A stretch of DNA of 63,892 nt, the filler included, from Octopus bimaculoides (Eukaryota), in assembly GCF_001194135.2 (NCBI RefSeq). It is 5 parts of 4 records of this genome, joined end to end, with 100 filler letters (N's around TTAATTAATTAA, not from the genome) between each part and the next. Parts side by side here need not be neighbours in the genome. Positions count along the whole stretch, not along the records: positions 43,767 to 58,993 come from NC_068985.1; positions 59,094 to 63,892 come from NC_068981.1; 3 more parts are not named here. The stretch is one strand, 5' to 3'. A program made the translations under genes and the position numbers. A model generated the notes under the pieces. That model had not been told where the DNA came from. It worked only from the letters and a program-made list of their open reading frames with translations, and ran no database searches. Shown piece after piece: positions 50,545 through 62,919 of this stretch; the first letter of the stretch is position 1, and every line of letters begins with the position of its first letter.

Positions 50545-51010
50545 AATGACCAACGAAAAGTTTCCCATTCATTTTCAGGGTAGTTGAAGTCACCGGCAAT
50601 GAAAAAATAAGTGGCTGTTTTCTTAGATGTGGCTCTGGGGATTGCAAAAAAACTGTCTTGATGGTAATTTGGTGGGCGATAGACAACTCCAAGTATCAGT
50701 GTTGACATGTTTATGCGTAATTCGCAAAAGAGTGCCTCGTGTTGTGATTTGTTCAGATCATCGCAAAGAATAGCTGGAGAAGTTTGACCGAATGTAGATA
50801 ATCGCGCCACCTCCACGACGATCAGCACAGTCTTTGCGCTACATGTTGTAACCATCTATGCTAAAAACACCATCTCAGAGTAGAGAGTGTGCCCATGTTT
50901 CGGTGACTGTGATGAAATCGGGTCAATACTCTTGATATATAAGATTCAAAATGGTGTACCTTGTTGGAGAAACTTCCGGCATTCGAGGGTAGGAGCTTGA
51001 AACGGGATTT
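50545..51010 (-). pseudogene. CR1/L2/Jockey-type AP endonuclease fragment
   Basis: Translation gives NAGSFSNK, PDFITVTETW, LGVVYRPP and IAGDFNYP. Confidence 0.8.
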
Positions 51011-51727
51011 AATCCCATCATGAAGGCATATAGGAGATGAAAAATCAGTTTTGTTATTCAGTGGCAGCACTGAGGGTAGTAATTGCTCGGGCTGTGCGAG
51101 TGGAGCGATGTTCTTGTTGATGGTGGTGGGTGTGTGTTCCTAGAGTTTTCCATATATGACGTTGGATCTCCAGGCTCAGGTCAACCTTCATATTTTCCAG
51201 GTATCTTTATTAAAAAACCAGCTCCTTCTTCAAAGGAAAACAATTAAATAATTAAAAACAGGAAAGAACATACATACATAACAAATACATATCCGTAGAC
51301 AGAGTGGATATTGAAAGTATTTACATAACTTTAAAAGCTAAAGTTATGTAAGATGAGCTAATTCGTCGGTATGTATACGACGGATCAAATAACCATATCT
51401 AATCTCGTATGTGTTAACCAGTTTAATTATCCGGGGTACCAATGTTATCTTCATTGTTATAGCTTTGCTCTAAACATTGGCGTAGACAGTGTCAACACCT
51501 CGTAAAAATAAATGCTTGACGTCACCACAGAGACAATGTAAGTGTTGATGAAAGCATTTCTTTCATGCATAAACACATTGCATAGTCTACACGCGTATAT
51601 ACATACACGTGTTGTATCACTTCCTAACATTCTACTCGCCTCCGCCCCGTCTAACCCATTTTACGCTAGCTAAGATTACCAAAATGAACGACCTTGGAGA
51701 ATTAATACTAGAATATAACTTTCACCC

Positions 51728-51810
<83 letters not shown>

Positions 51811-52734
51811 NNNNNNNNNNNNNNNNNNNNNNNNNNNNNNNNNNNNNNNNNNNNNNNNNNNNNNNNNNNNNNNNNNNNNNNNNNNNNNNNNNNNNNNNNN
51901 NNNNNNNNNNNNNNNNNNNNNNNNNNNNNNNNNNNNNNNNNNNNNNNNNNNNNNNNNNNNNNNNNNNNNNNNNNNNNNNNNNNNNNNNNNNNNNNNNNNN
52001 NNNNNNNNNNNNNNNNNNNNNNNNNNNNNNNNNNNNNNNNNNNNNNNNNNNNNNNNNNNNNNNNNNNNNNNNNNNNNNNNNNNNNNNNNNNNNNNNNNNN
52101 NNNNNNNNNNNNNNNNNNNNNNNNNNNNNNNNNNNNNNNNNNNNNNNNNNNNNNNNNNNNNNNNNNNNNNNNNNNNNNNNNNNNNNNNNNNNNNNNNNNN
52201 NNNNNNNNNNNNNNNNNNNNNNNNNNNNNNNNNNNNNNNNNNNNNNNNNNNNNNNNNNNNNNNNNNNNNNNNNNNNNNNNNNNNNNNNNNNNNNNNNNNN
52301 NNNNNNNNNNNNNNNNNNNNNNNNNNNNNNNNNNNNNNNNNNNNNNNNNNNNNNNNNNNNNNNNNNNNNNNNNNNNNNNNNNNNNNNNNNNNNNNNNNNN
52401 NNNNNNNNNNNNNNNNNNNNNNNNNNNNNNNNNNNNNNNNNNNNNNNNNNNNNNNNNNNNNNNNNNNTATTTATATATTTGATCCTTTATATTGAACACT
52501 CAATATTTCATCTACATTCAATACTTTCTTTCATGGTGCCATCCATTTTTATTTTATTTTATTTTATATTATATATTGTATATTATATTATATATTGTAT
52601 ATTCCATATTCTATACTCCACATTGGTTCTGCAGGAATATAAATAAAACATAAAAAACAGACAGTGTTGGAACTCTTTTAAACAAAATAATATATATATA
52701 TATATATATACACATACATATATATATACGTATT

Positions 52735-52781
<47 letters not shown>

Positions 52782-54299
52782 ACATGTAACCCAGTATAAC
52801 CTGTCGCATGATTGGTCTGTTGGCATTTAAATCGGAAAACCCTAACAAGCCTGCTCGATAAAGAGGGTGGTTTTCGTTGGACATCCTGCATGACGAAAAA
52901 CAAAACCTGTCAAAAAATGGTTGGATCCACAGAGACATCAGCCATCTAACAGCTAGGAGTGAGAGACTCCTGATCATTGGCAGTGAAGAACTACAAGTCC
53001 TCGTCAAAACTTCCTTTCTATGAGAAGGTGAATTCATATAAAAAGAAAACCTGAAGTGCAGCTTAGCTAGTTAGTCGGTCCGTCGTCTCAACCTTTGTTC
53101 TGCCAGTGGTATAATAGCTAATACCTCTGAATAGTGGGTTCAGTGGTGCGCTACACTTAATCCATTGAAAAGAAATTCTTCATACTCAGGAAGGAACTTC
53201 TTGAACACTTAATAAGCTTAAAATATGATCGTTGAGCAGATGGCTTTGCTTCTAAGGAGATCCCAGGTCACGTGCATTTTTACACTACCTATTCTGAGCA
53301 CAGGTGTGTCTGGCAAGAGAGAAGCGACTGAGAAAGGATCACTTACCTTATTCTTGTGGAGAGACAGGTATTTCCTCCCTCCGATTGGCTATGCGCATTT
53401 GCACTAGTAGTTGTTTGTTTTGTCATTTACTGATGTTCCCTCGAAAATCTCCTACTTCTAGGGGTTTGTATGTATGTGGTGATATTTGGATATTTTTGTT
53501 TTATATGAGATGAAATGGTTATTAGCAGATGTTATGTAGCTGACGAAGTTAGTATTTCGTGGATGTAGTTCATTAGTTCTTTATTGGTTATGTTCATTAG
53601 CAGTGTAGTTAAAGATGCGTTGTCTTTTGTTCGTTTTGGTGGGTGTGATCTGACTGTCGCGTAACTTACGCTTGTAAGGGTAGTGTCTGTGATAGTGGAG
53701 ATGGTAGTAATTGCGATGATGCTATTGAGAGTATATTGATGTAGCCCTTATTGGGGGCGGTGTTAGAATATTGTTGCTCAAAGACATCTCCACCATTTGT
53801 TCATATCTACCAGTTTCTTGTGTGTGTGTTGGTGTGCTTTCCTTTCGTTTCTTTTCTTTGCCCTAATAACTTTTTACCATTTAGCTTCCTCTTCGTTCCT
53901 TTAAATTAAACATGTCTGAGTGGATACTGAGTTTTTGTTGGGTTGTTTGGGAGCTTTTTTAGAGGTCATTGCTTTTTTTGTTGGATTGTTTGGGAGCTTT
54001 CTTCGGGGGTCATTGCTATGTGTATGTGTGTGTGTGTGTGCGTATGCGTGTGTTGTTGTTGTTTTTTGGAAGCTTTCAGTTGTTGATGATGGTGATTCTG
54101 GAGAACGGTGTTTGTTTATTGCTTCTGCTGTTGCTGTTTTTCCTCTCTTGGAATTATTTTTGCAACAACTGTTGTAACTGCTGCTCTCAGTCCTGTAGCA
54201 GGTGCTGCAATCACTGAAGTTGCGGTTACCTGTTGTTATTCTGATTGCTGTTGTTTTTTGTTAGCGTTAAAATCGTGGCATTCACAGTAATGGAAGCTT

Positions 54300-54665
54300 T
54301 CTTTCAGCTGTCATAGTTGTTGCTGTTGGAGGCAGAAAGTTTTGAGGTGGTTTGTGTTTCCACATTTGTAGCATTGCGATCTTCTTCCACAACTACCAGC
54401 AGTTGCTTCCCTCCTGGGATCTCTGTTAGACTTCAAATTTTTTCCCCCGTGTTACTCTGGCATTTCCAGTACTTTGGTCTGGTTCCTATGAGGAGGTACG
54501 TCGATGACCCTGACTTTGGTCACACCACGTTCTATTTATAATGGTAGGAAAACAAATTGTAGTTGTAGCCATCGTTCGAGTTTTTCGTTCACTACAGCAG
54601 ACGACTACTACGTTCCATTTTGCTTTCCTCAGGTTGCGTAAACTACTGAATATTGAACCGTATTT
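54300..54665 (-). pseudogene. LINE ORF1 (gag-like) remnant with a CCHC zinc knuckle, probably L1/Tx1-like
   Basis: CYKCGNTNHLKTFC (CX2CX4HX4C) at 54373-54332, preceded by TKVRVIDVPP and LLVVVEG/R. The downstream low-complexity region to about 53050 may belong to the same element. Confidence 0.65.
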
Positions 54666-54719
54666 TTCCAACATTCTAAAGATTCTGCCAGTTCACCGCC
54701 CTAGAAATACTTATAACTG

Positions 54720-55700
54720 TTACAAATTTTGGCACAAGGCTAGCAGTTTTGGAGAGATGGTGTTATTCGATGGCATCGAATAAGTACCAGTATTTGACTG
54801 GTACTTCATTGTATCCACCCCCGAAAGGATGAAAGTCAAAACTGGCCAATGTGAGATTTGAACTCAGAACGTAAAGAGCCGAAAGAAATGCTGCAAGGGA
54901 CTTTATGCGACGCTCTAACGATTCCGCCAGCTCGCCGGCCTAGTATTGGTTTCAAGTTTTGGCACAAGGCTATCAAGCTCGGGGGAGGAATTACATCGAC
55001 CCCAGTGTCCAACTGGTACTTATTTTATCGATCCCGAAAGAACGAAAGGCAAAGCCGGAATTTGAACACAGAATGTAAAGACGGACGAAATGCCTACCGC
55101 TAAGAATGTTAGCCTGCGGGCTAACGATTCTTTTTTACTCTAGGTACAAGGTCCGAAATTTAGGGGGAGGGAGACAGTCGATTAGATCGACCCCAGTACG
55201 CAACTGGTACTTAATTTATCGACCCCGAAAGGATGAAAGGCAAAGTCGACCTCGGCGGAATTTGAACTCAGAACGTAAAGACAGACGAAATACCGCTAAG
55301 CATTTCTCCCGACGTGTNNNNNNNNNNNNNNNNNNNNNNNNNNNNNNNNNNNNNNNAGGGGGAGGGAGACAGTCGATTAGATCGACCCCAGTACGCAACT
55401 GGTACTTAATTTATCGACCCCGAAAGGATGAAAGGCAAAGTCGACCTCGGCGGAATTTGAACTCAGAACGTAAAGACAGACGAAATACCGCTAAGCATTT
55501 CTCCCGACGTGTTGATGTTTCTGCCAGGTCAGCATCCTAATATTGATTTCAAGTTTTGTACTTATTTTCTCGGCCCCTGAAAGAAAGAAAAGCAAAGTCG
55601 ACTTTGGTGGCATTTGAACTCAGAACGTAAAGACGGACGTAATGCCGTAAATATTTTACCCGGCGTGCTAATGATTCTGCCGACTCGTAGCCTTTCGCCG
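54720..55700 (-). mobile_element. Head-to-tail array of four SINE-A copies (one falsely duplicated across a gap)
   Basis: Copies at about 54720-54940, 54945-55130, 55131-55540 and 55541-55700, all on the minus strand. Confidence 0.85.
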
Positions 55701-56764
55701 TCCTAATATTAACAATACATGCTTTATTAAATACGATGGCTGAGAAAAAGATTGAGGACGGTAATGAAAATAACAACAACAACAACAAATTAAATCCTTT
55801 TTTAAACTTTTGCGTATTTACGTTTTACGAAAGTAGTTTCGTGTTACATCAGAACGTCTTCAGACATTCGGGAAACAGACTAAGCAACGAGTTGAATGTC
55901 AACAATGGTAAAGGTCCACAAAGCGGTTAACCGCTTAAAAAGACGTGATATCTGGCTTTTTTTGTATAACAATGGTCACTTTGTAATATGTCGGTATTCT
56001 TGGGAATTATAACTATGAGAAATGGCGGAGATAGCTTACGTATACTCTCTTCAATTATGTATTATTTATTCCTTACAATTAGCTTCTGTATACTCCCTTC
56101 GATTATGTATGATCTACTAACAGTTATATAGAATATATTCCTTGTAAATATGTCATGTACCAACTTATAATTGCATAACATTTACTCCTTATTATATTAT
56201 ATACACTCTCTACAATTAATAGAATGGATTTGCATGCATATATGTGTATTGTGTATGTGTGTATGTGTGTGTGTGTGTGTTTGTTTGTAATGTAAGCAAT
56301 GTCAGTGTATATGTTTGTATGAATGAATGTATGTATGTAAGCATTTATGTATGTATTTATGTATGTATGTGTGTGTGTGTATGCATGTATTTATGTATGT
56401 ATGTATGTACGTATGTATGTTTGTATATATTATTGGCTACAACAAATTCAGAGCAACATATTTAAAATGGTCCAAAAAGGCAAAGTTCACAGATATCACA
56501 TTATTCTAAATTCTTCTACGGCTGTTACAAACCACATCTTTCATATAAGTATTCAATTAATATATGGAAATATTTTGCTATACCTCGGGAAAGTCATTAA
56601 AACCACAGATCTGATGCAGACTTGGTGCAGAGAAGGCATGCTACTGTTGAGATCGCGAATGGTGACGAAAAGACTTCGACAAGCCAATCTGTTTAAATGT
56701 ATTAACCGAATGATTAATCAAGCTATCGATTATTTGATTGGATAAATGTTAACAAATTGACTAC

Positions 56765-57302
56765 TAATAGCCCTTTCGTCTATAGGCACAAGGCCTAAAA
56801 TCTGGTAGGGGAGGCTACTCAATTACCTCAGTAGATAGTTATCTCGCCGACCGTGGAGGCGCCTGGCTTAGTGGTTAGGTTATTCAATTCACGGTCGTAA
56901 TGTTGTGAATTCGATACTCAGCGATGCGTAGTGTCCTTGAGCAAGACACTTCATATCAAGTTTCTCCAGTCCTCTCAGCTTGCAAAAATGAGTTATACCT
57001 GTAATTCAAAGGGTTAACCATGTCACATTCTGTATCACGCTAAATCTCTCTGAGAATTACGTTAAGGGCACGCATGTTTGTGGAATGCTCAGCCACTTGC
57101 ACGTTAATTGTAGGCTGTCCCATTGATCGGCTCAACTGGAACACTCATCGTTGTAACCGACGGAATGCGAGTTATTTCATTAACCTCGAAAAGATGAAAG
57201 GCAGAGTCACTTCGGCAGAATTTGAACTCAGAACGTAAAGACAGACGAAATGCCGTGAAGCATTTCGTCCGGCTGCTAACAATTTTACCAGTTCGCTACC
57301 TT
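56765..57302. mobile_element. SINE-A (minus) interrupted by SINE-C (plus, 56855-57170)
   Basis: The family A tail is at 56765-56850 and the family A head at 57175-57302, with a full family C copy between them. Confidence 0.8.
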
Positions 57303-57347
57303 AAATTGACTAAAAGAGTGAAATAAAACTGGTACGTGTGTTTATTA

Positions 57348-58845
57348 CACTGGACAACAAGGATTTTGCTACTGAGGTAAAAGCATGTGTTTTAGATTAA
57401 ATCAAGGATACTGATTCCGAATCCACACTCAGAATTGTTCTAACATGTCAGGATTTTGAGTTATGCACATGCGCAAGATTATAACTATATTTTCGGCCGT
57501 ATTATAAAATTTGCTAAAATGAAAGCGGTGTTCAAAATTAAAGAAATAACAGCAATAAAACAAACGATGAGAAAGTTTATTATTTAGGTTAGTAATAGAT
57601 GGCGCTGACGTATTGTGTGCAAGCACCAATTTCTTCAGTTTGTTCTTGGTAACTCTCAGTGTCATTTGCGCTGCTGTCACGAATGGTATGTGTATCTCAC
57701 GCTCTGCGTGATTACTGTTTTAATTGCGTTCATTGTGTTAGATCATGAATAGGAGCAGCTGTGTGAATCACCCAGACAACTTTTGTTATGTCTGTGGAAA
57801 ATTTGCTACGCGTTACCAGCAGAAGAACATTTTAACCAAATTAAAAACTGCCTATGAATATTATTTNNNNNNNNNNNNNNNNNNNNNNNNNNNNNNNNNN
57901 NNNNNNNNNNNNNNNNNNNNNNNNNNNNNNNNNNNNNNNNNNNNNNNNNNNNNNNNNNNNNNNNNNNNNNNNNNNNNNNNNNNNNNNNNNNNNNNNNNNN
58001 NNNNNNNNNNNNNNNNNNNNNNNNNNNNNNNNNNNNNNNNNNNNNNNNNNNNNNNNNNNNNNNNNNNNNNNNNNNNNNNNNNNNNNNNNNNNNNNNNNNN
58101 NNNNNNNNNNNNNNNNNNNNNNNNNNNNNNNNNNNNNNNNNNNNNNNNNNNNNNNNNNNNNNNNNNNNNNNNNNNNNNNNNNNNNNNNNNNNNNNNNNNN
58201 NNNNNNNNNNNNNNNNNNNNNNNNNNNNNNNNNNNNNNNNNNNNNNNNNNNNNNNNNNNNNNNNNNNNNNNNNNNNNNNNNNNNNNNNNNNNNNNNNNNN
58301 NNNNNNNNNNNNNNNNNNNNNNNNNNNNGACTCTCCTATCGACGAAGAGTACGTAGTTGATTCTAAGAAAAATGAGCCAGGCTAGTTTAATCAAGATTTG
58401 AACGATTTAGCAAGGGACCTAGTATTATCAAAGACGAGGGCAGAAGTTTTGAGATCCAAACTACAACAACGGAATCTCCTACAGCAAGGTACGAAAATTT
58501 CCATTTTCCGTTCTCGCCATAAAGGTTTATTTGTCCTTTTCAAGCAAGAAAATAACGCTTGTTTCTGTACCAAAGGCTAATGCACTCATACATAAACTAG
58601 GACACGTGCATGTGGCTAACGAAGGGAGAAGGTTTATAGACTCGAGTAAGGTTAACCTCAAAGCTGTGTTGTTACATAATGGTTATGAAAAAAACCTTCC
58701 ATTCCTGTGCGTCATGTTGTCAGTATGGAAGAAACTTATGAATCGATGGAACTCATTCTACAAGGTTTTAATTACTCAGTTCATAATTGGAATATCTGTG
58801 GTGATTTAAAGGTGATTTCCCCCCTCCTAAGACTGCAGTAGAGAC
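57348..58845 (+). pseudogene. Chapaev3-like (CMC superfamily) DNA transposon: left end and defective transposase from 57745
   Basis: Begins tta|CACTG. Translation gives MNRSSCVNHPDNFCYVCG...KTAYEYYF (gap 57867-58328), LNDLARDLVLSK, RFIDSSKVNLKAVLLHNG and WNICGDLKV. The family assignment is from recalled Chapaev3 motifs. Confidence 0.75.
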
Positions 58846-58949
58846 ACAAATGGAGAATACTTTGGAGGCGATAAAAGCGTAAACATGTAAAATTAAGGGA
58901 ATAAAATAATATTGCAAAACTCCAGTTTCTTTTGGGTGCCCCTCTCCGT

Positions 58950-58993
<44 letters not shown>

Positions 58994-59093
58994 NNNNNNN
59001 NNNNNNNNNNNNNNNNNNNNNNNNNNNNNNNNNNNNNTTAATTAATTAANNNNNNNNNNNNNNNNNNNNNNNNNNNNNNNNNNNNNNNNNNNN
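58994..59093. other. Artificial scaffold linker N44-TTAATTAATTAA-N44
   Basis: Same 100-bp structure as 12394-12493. Confidence 0.95.
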
Positions 59094-61385
59094 TGTGCTG
59101 CCGAAACACTGGGACATGTTACTGCCAGACACAGAGACTGGTTTGATGAAAATGATGCTGAACTTCAGCAACTATTGGTGGTAAAGTGCCATGCCCACAG
59201 TGTATTGCTACACAGAGAACTGTCTACTGTGCAGCGAAGTCTAGCACTTGCCCACTATAACAGTGTAAAATCACTAATGCAGCAATCTCTCAGGAAGATG
59301 CAGAACACTTGGTGGGAGGATCTTGCTCGTGATGTTCAGGCTGCTGCTTATGCAAATGACAGCAAGAAGCTTTGCCATCTTATGAAGCAAGTTTATGGGC
59401 CTAAGAGTTCTGCGTCAGCTCCTTTGCTTTCCAAGGAGTATTCCACTCTGTTTACTAAATCAACAGAAATCACAGGTTGCTGGATTGAGCACTTCTCTGA
59501 ACTCCTAAACCATAAGTCAGTTGTGGATGAAACAGTGATTGATACTATCCAACAAAGACCTATCATTGGCTCCTTAGACTCCTCACCCTCAATAGATGAA
59601 GTAATGACATCAATAAGTAAATTGAATCTTGGTAGGGCACCTGGAAAGGATGGAATTTGTGCTGAGGTCTTGCGATTTGGTGGTAATTACATCACACAGT
59701 CCCTTCATGAACTTATTGCTGCAGTCTGGAGGGATGATGCAATAATTCTTCCTCTATATAAAGGAAAAGGAGCCAGAACAATGTGTGGTAACTACAGAGG
59801 TTTTGCTCTACTATCAGCTGCTGGCAAGGTTCTGGCAAATATTCTTCTTACCCGTCTGAATGGGTATCTGGTAAATGATGTCCTATCTGAATCTCAATGT
59901 GGCTTCCGATCTGTTAGAGGGATAACGGATATGATTTTCAGATCAAGACAGATGCAGGGGAAGTGCTATGAGCAGAATATGGATCTTGTCCAGGTATTCA
60001 TTGATTTAACCAAGGCCTTTGATACAGTGAATACGGCCTTGCTATGGAAAATACTAGGCAAACTTGGATGTCCGGATCACTTTATATCTATAATTAAATA
60101 ATTTTATGATGGGATGGAGGCTTGGGTCAATGCTGGTGGTGGCATGGCAGGACCCATTCCTGTGGAGAATGGTGTCAAGTGGGGTGACATCCTTGCCCCA
60201 ACTCTCTTTTCTTTGTACTTTGCTGCTGCTTTTACTCATGCTTTTGCTAAGATTTAGCTCTCTGGGAATATATGTCAGATATCGATCTTCTGGCCGCCTC
60301 TTTAATCTTCGCCGATTTGCTGCCAGTTCAAAGGTTCACCAGTCTATTATTCATAACCTCCTTTATGCAGATGACTGTGACTTAGTCACTCATACAGTGG
60401 ATGACATGCAAATACTCATGAATTGCATTTATGCTTCTTGCAAAGCATTTGGACTCAGAATTAGTGTGGACAAGACTGTTGTAATGTTCCAGCCTGCACC
60501 AGGAAATCCATATGTGAAACCAGCTATCTTGGTTGAAGGAACAATTCTGAAGTTAGTAGACAAGTTTGTCTACCTGGGCAGCAGACTCAGCCATTCTTGC
60601 TCCCTGGATGAGGAAATATCTTTCAGGTTGCAGAGAGCAATTAATTCTTTCCGGTCTCTTCAGTATCGTATCTGGTCCCAGCATGGTATCGCAAGGCAAA
60701 CAAAAGTTGCTGTGTACCGTGCATGTGTACTGACATCGCTCCTCTACTCATGTGTGACATGGACTCTGTACAAACGTCAGGTAAGGGTCCATGAACACTT
60801 TCATCAGAGATGTCTCACACACATTCTCAATGTTGGCTGGACCTCAAAAATTCCAGACACACAGGTCCTCAGGTCAGCTGATATCTTGAGTATTGAGGCG
60901 ATGGTGCACAAGCACCGGTTACATTGGACTGGACACCTTATTAGAATGAATGATAGCAGGATTCCTAAGCAGATGCTATATGGAGAACTTGTGAATGGAA
61001 AGAGACTCCGGCAGAAACTAAGGCTGCGATTTACGGACTGTGTCAAGTCCTCATTAAAGGCCTGTGATATGCAAGACACTGACTGGGAGAACAATGCCTG
61101 TCATCACCACAGATGGAGGAAGCAGGTTAAGGAGGGGATCGACACTTTTGAGAGAGCACGTATCCAGCATGAAGAACTTAAGCGAGCTGCGCAAAAGTGC
61201 ACGGCTCGTATGTGAATTGGGAAAGCTTGGTCTGCAATGTTTGCAGTCATGTATGCTTGTCAAGAGCAGGGCTCATTAGCCACCAATGAAACCAAAAATG
61301 CAAAATATATATAGTCCTAGAGCACACAATGTTCCCGAAGGTCAGCAATGGTCTTCCTCAGTCACGAGTGGACGGCCCTCATCAT
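59094..61385 (+). mobile_element. RTE-clade (BovB-like) LINE, 2.3-kb 3' portion with RT, few disablements
   Basis: Translation gives RAPGKDGI, GNYRGFALLSAAGKVLA, SESQCGFR, VFIDLTKAFDTV, LLYADDCDLV, FVYLGS, RLHWTGHLIRM and a C-terminal CNVC...LISH zinc finger. It has a short UTR ending catcat and a few frameshifts near 60100-60250 and 61200. The 5' end is cut by a linker. Confidence 0.93.
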
Positions 61386-61423
61386 ATGATATGTATATAT
61401 ATATTTATATATATATATATGGA

Positions 61424-61670
61424 CTGGCTTGTGCGGGTGGCACATAAAAGACACCATTTCGAGCGTGGCTGTTTTCGTGCGGGTGACACGTAAAAGCACC
61501 CACTACACTCTCTGAGTGGTTGGCGTTAGGAAGGGCATCCAGCTGTAGAAACTCTGCCAAATTAGACTGGAGCCTGGTGTTGCCATCCGGTTTCACCAGT
61601 CCTCAGTCAAATCGTCCAACCCATGCTAGTATGGAAAGCGGACGTTAAACGATGATGATGATGATGATGA
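61424..61670 (+). mobile_element. 5'-truncated 3' UTR copy of the second RTE family, with a (GAT)n tail
   Basis: Closely matches 63650-63867 (gtaaaagcaccc...ggaagggcatccagctgtagaaactctgccaaat...ggaaagcggac.ttaaacgatgat). Confidence 0.9.
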
Positions 61671-61789
61671 TATATATATATATATTTGTATGTATATATA
61701 ATCCAAGAAAGTTAGGGGTTGTGAATCCAACCCACTAAGGAATAATATCTATCCAATATACTGCCGGAAGGATACCCAATTACTATTAC

Positions 61790-61934
61790 ACTAGTGTTTT
61801 TATTGAGTGTAATAAATGGGTGCGGGTAAAAGGAAATTTGACCCTTAATTCATATAGCAAAAAGAAAATGGAGGGGAATATGTGGTGTCTGCAAGTTGAT
61901 GAGTACCACATATTCCCCTCCATTTTCTTATTGC

Positions 61935-61936
<2 letters not shown>
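61790..61936. repeat. Foldback element: 32-bp stem (one mismatch) with an 18-nt loop
   Basis: 61855-61886 pairs with 61905-61936; the loop is gtctgcaagttgatgagt. Confidence 0.88.
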
Positions 61937-61970
<34 letters not shown>

Positions 61971-62919
61971 TATAAATATATATANNNNNNNNNNNNNNNN
62001 NNNNNNNNNNNNNNNNNNNNNNNNNNNNNNNNNNNNNNNNNNNNNNNNNNNNNNNNNNNNNNNNNNNNNNNNNNNNNNNNNNNNNNNNNNNNNNNNNNNN
62101 NNNNNNNNNNNNNNNNNNNNNNNNNNNNNNNNNNNNNNNNNNNNNNNNNNNNNNNNNNNNNNNNNNNNNNNNNNNNNNNNNNNNNNNNNNNNNNNNNNNN
62201 NNNNNNNNNNNNNNNNNNNNNNNNNNNNNNNNNNNNNNNNNNNNNNNNNNNNNNNNNNNNNNNNNNNNNNNNNNNNNNNNNNNNNNNNNNNNNNNNNNNN
62301 NNNNNNNNNNNNNNNNNNNNNNNNNNNNNNNNNNNNNNNNNNNNNNNNNNNNNNNNNNNNNNNNNNNNNNNNNNNNNNNNNNNNNNNNNNNNNNNNNNNN
62401 NNNNNNNNNNNNNNNNNNNNNNNNNNNNNNNNNNNNNNNNNNNNNNNNNNNNNNNNNNNNNNNNNNNNNNNNNNNNNNNNNNNNNNNNNNNNNNNNNNNN
62501 NNNNNNNNNNNNNNNNNNNNNNNNNNNNNNNNNNNNNNNNNNNNNNNNNNNNNNNNNNNNNNNNNNNNNNNNNNNNNNNNNNNNNNNNNNNNNNNNNNNN
62601 NNNNNNNNNNNNNNNNNNNNNNNNNNNNNNNNNNNNNNNNNNNNNNNNNNNNNNNNNNNNNNNNNNNNNNNNNNNNNNNNNNNNNNNNNNNNNNNNNNNN
62701 NNNNNNNNNNNNNNNNNNNNNNNNNNNNNNNNNNNNNNNNNNNNNNNNNNNNNNNNNNNNNNNNNNNNNNNNNNNNNNNNNNNNNNNNNNNNNNNNNNNN
62801 NNNNNNNNNNNNNNNNNNNNNNNNNNNNNNNNNNNNNNNNNNNNNNNNNNNNNNNNNNNNNNNNNNNNNNNNNNNNNNNNNNNNNNNNNNNNNNNNNNNN
62901 NNNNNNNNATATATATATA

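Noticed and set aside
55162-55512. Exact 156-bp direct duplication of a SINE-A segment (55162-55317 = 55357-55512)
   Set aside because: The copies are identical and flank a 39-N gap, which is typical of an unmerged contig overlap (assembly artefact).
55820-55880. CTGAAGA...GAAA on the minus strand, a possible fifth hammerhead
   Set aside because: Stems I and III cannot be closed convincingly.
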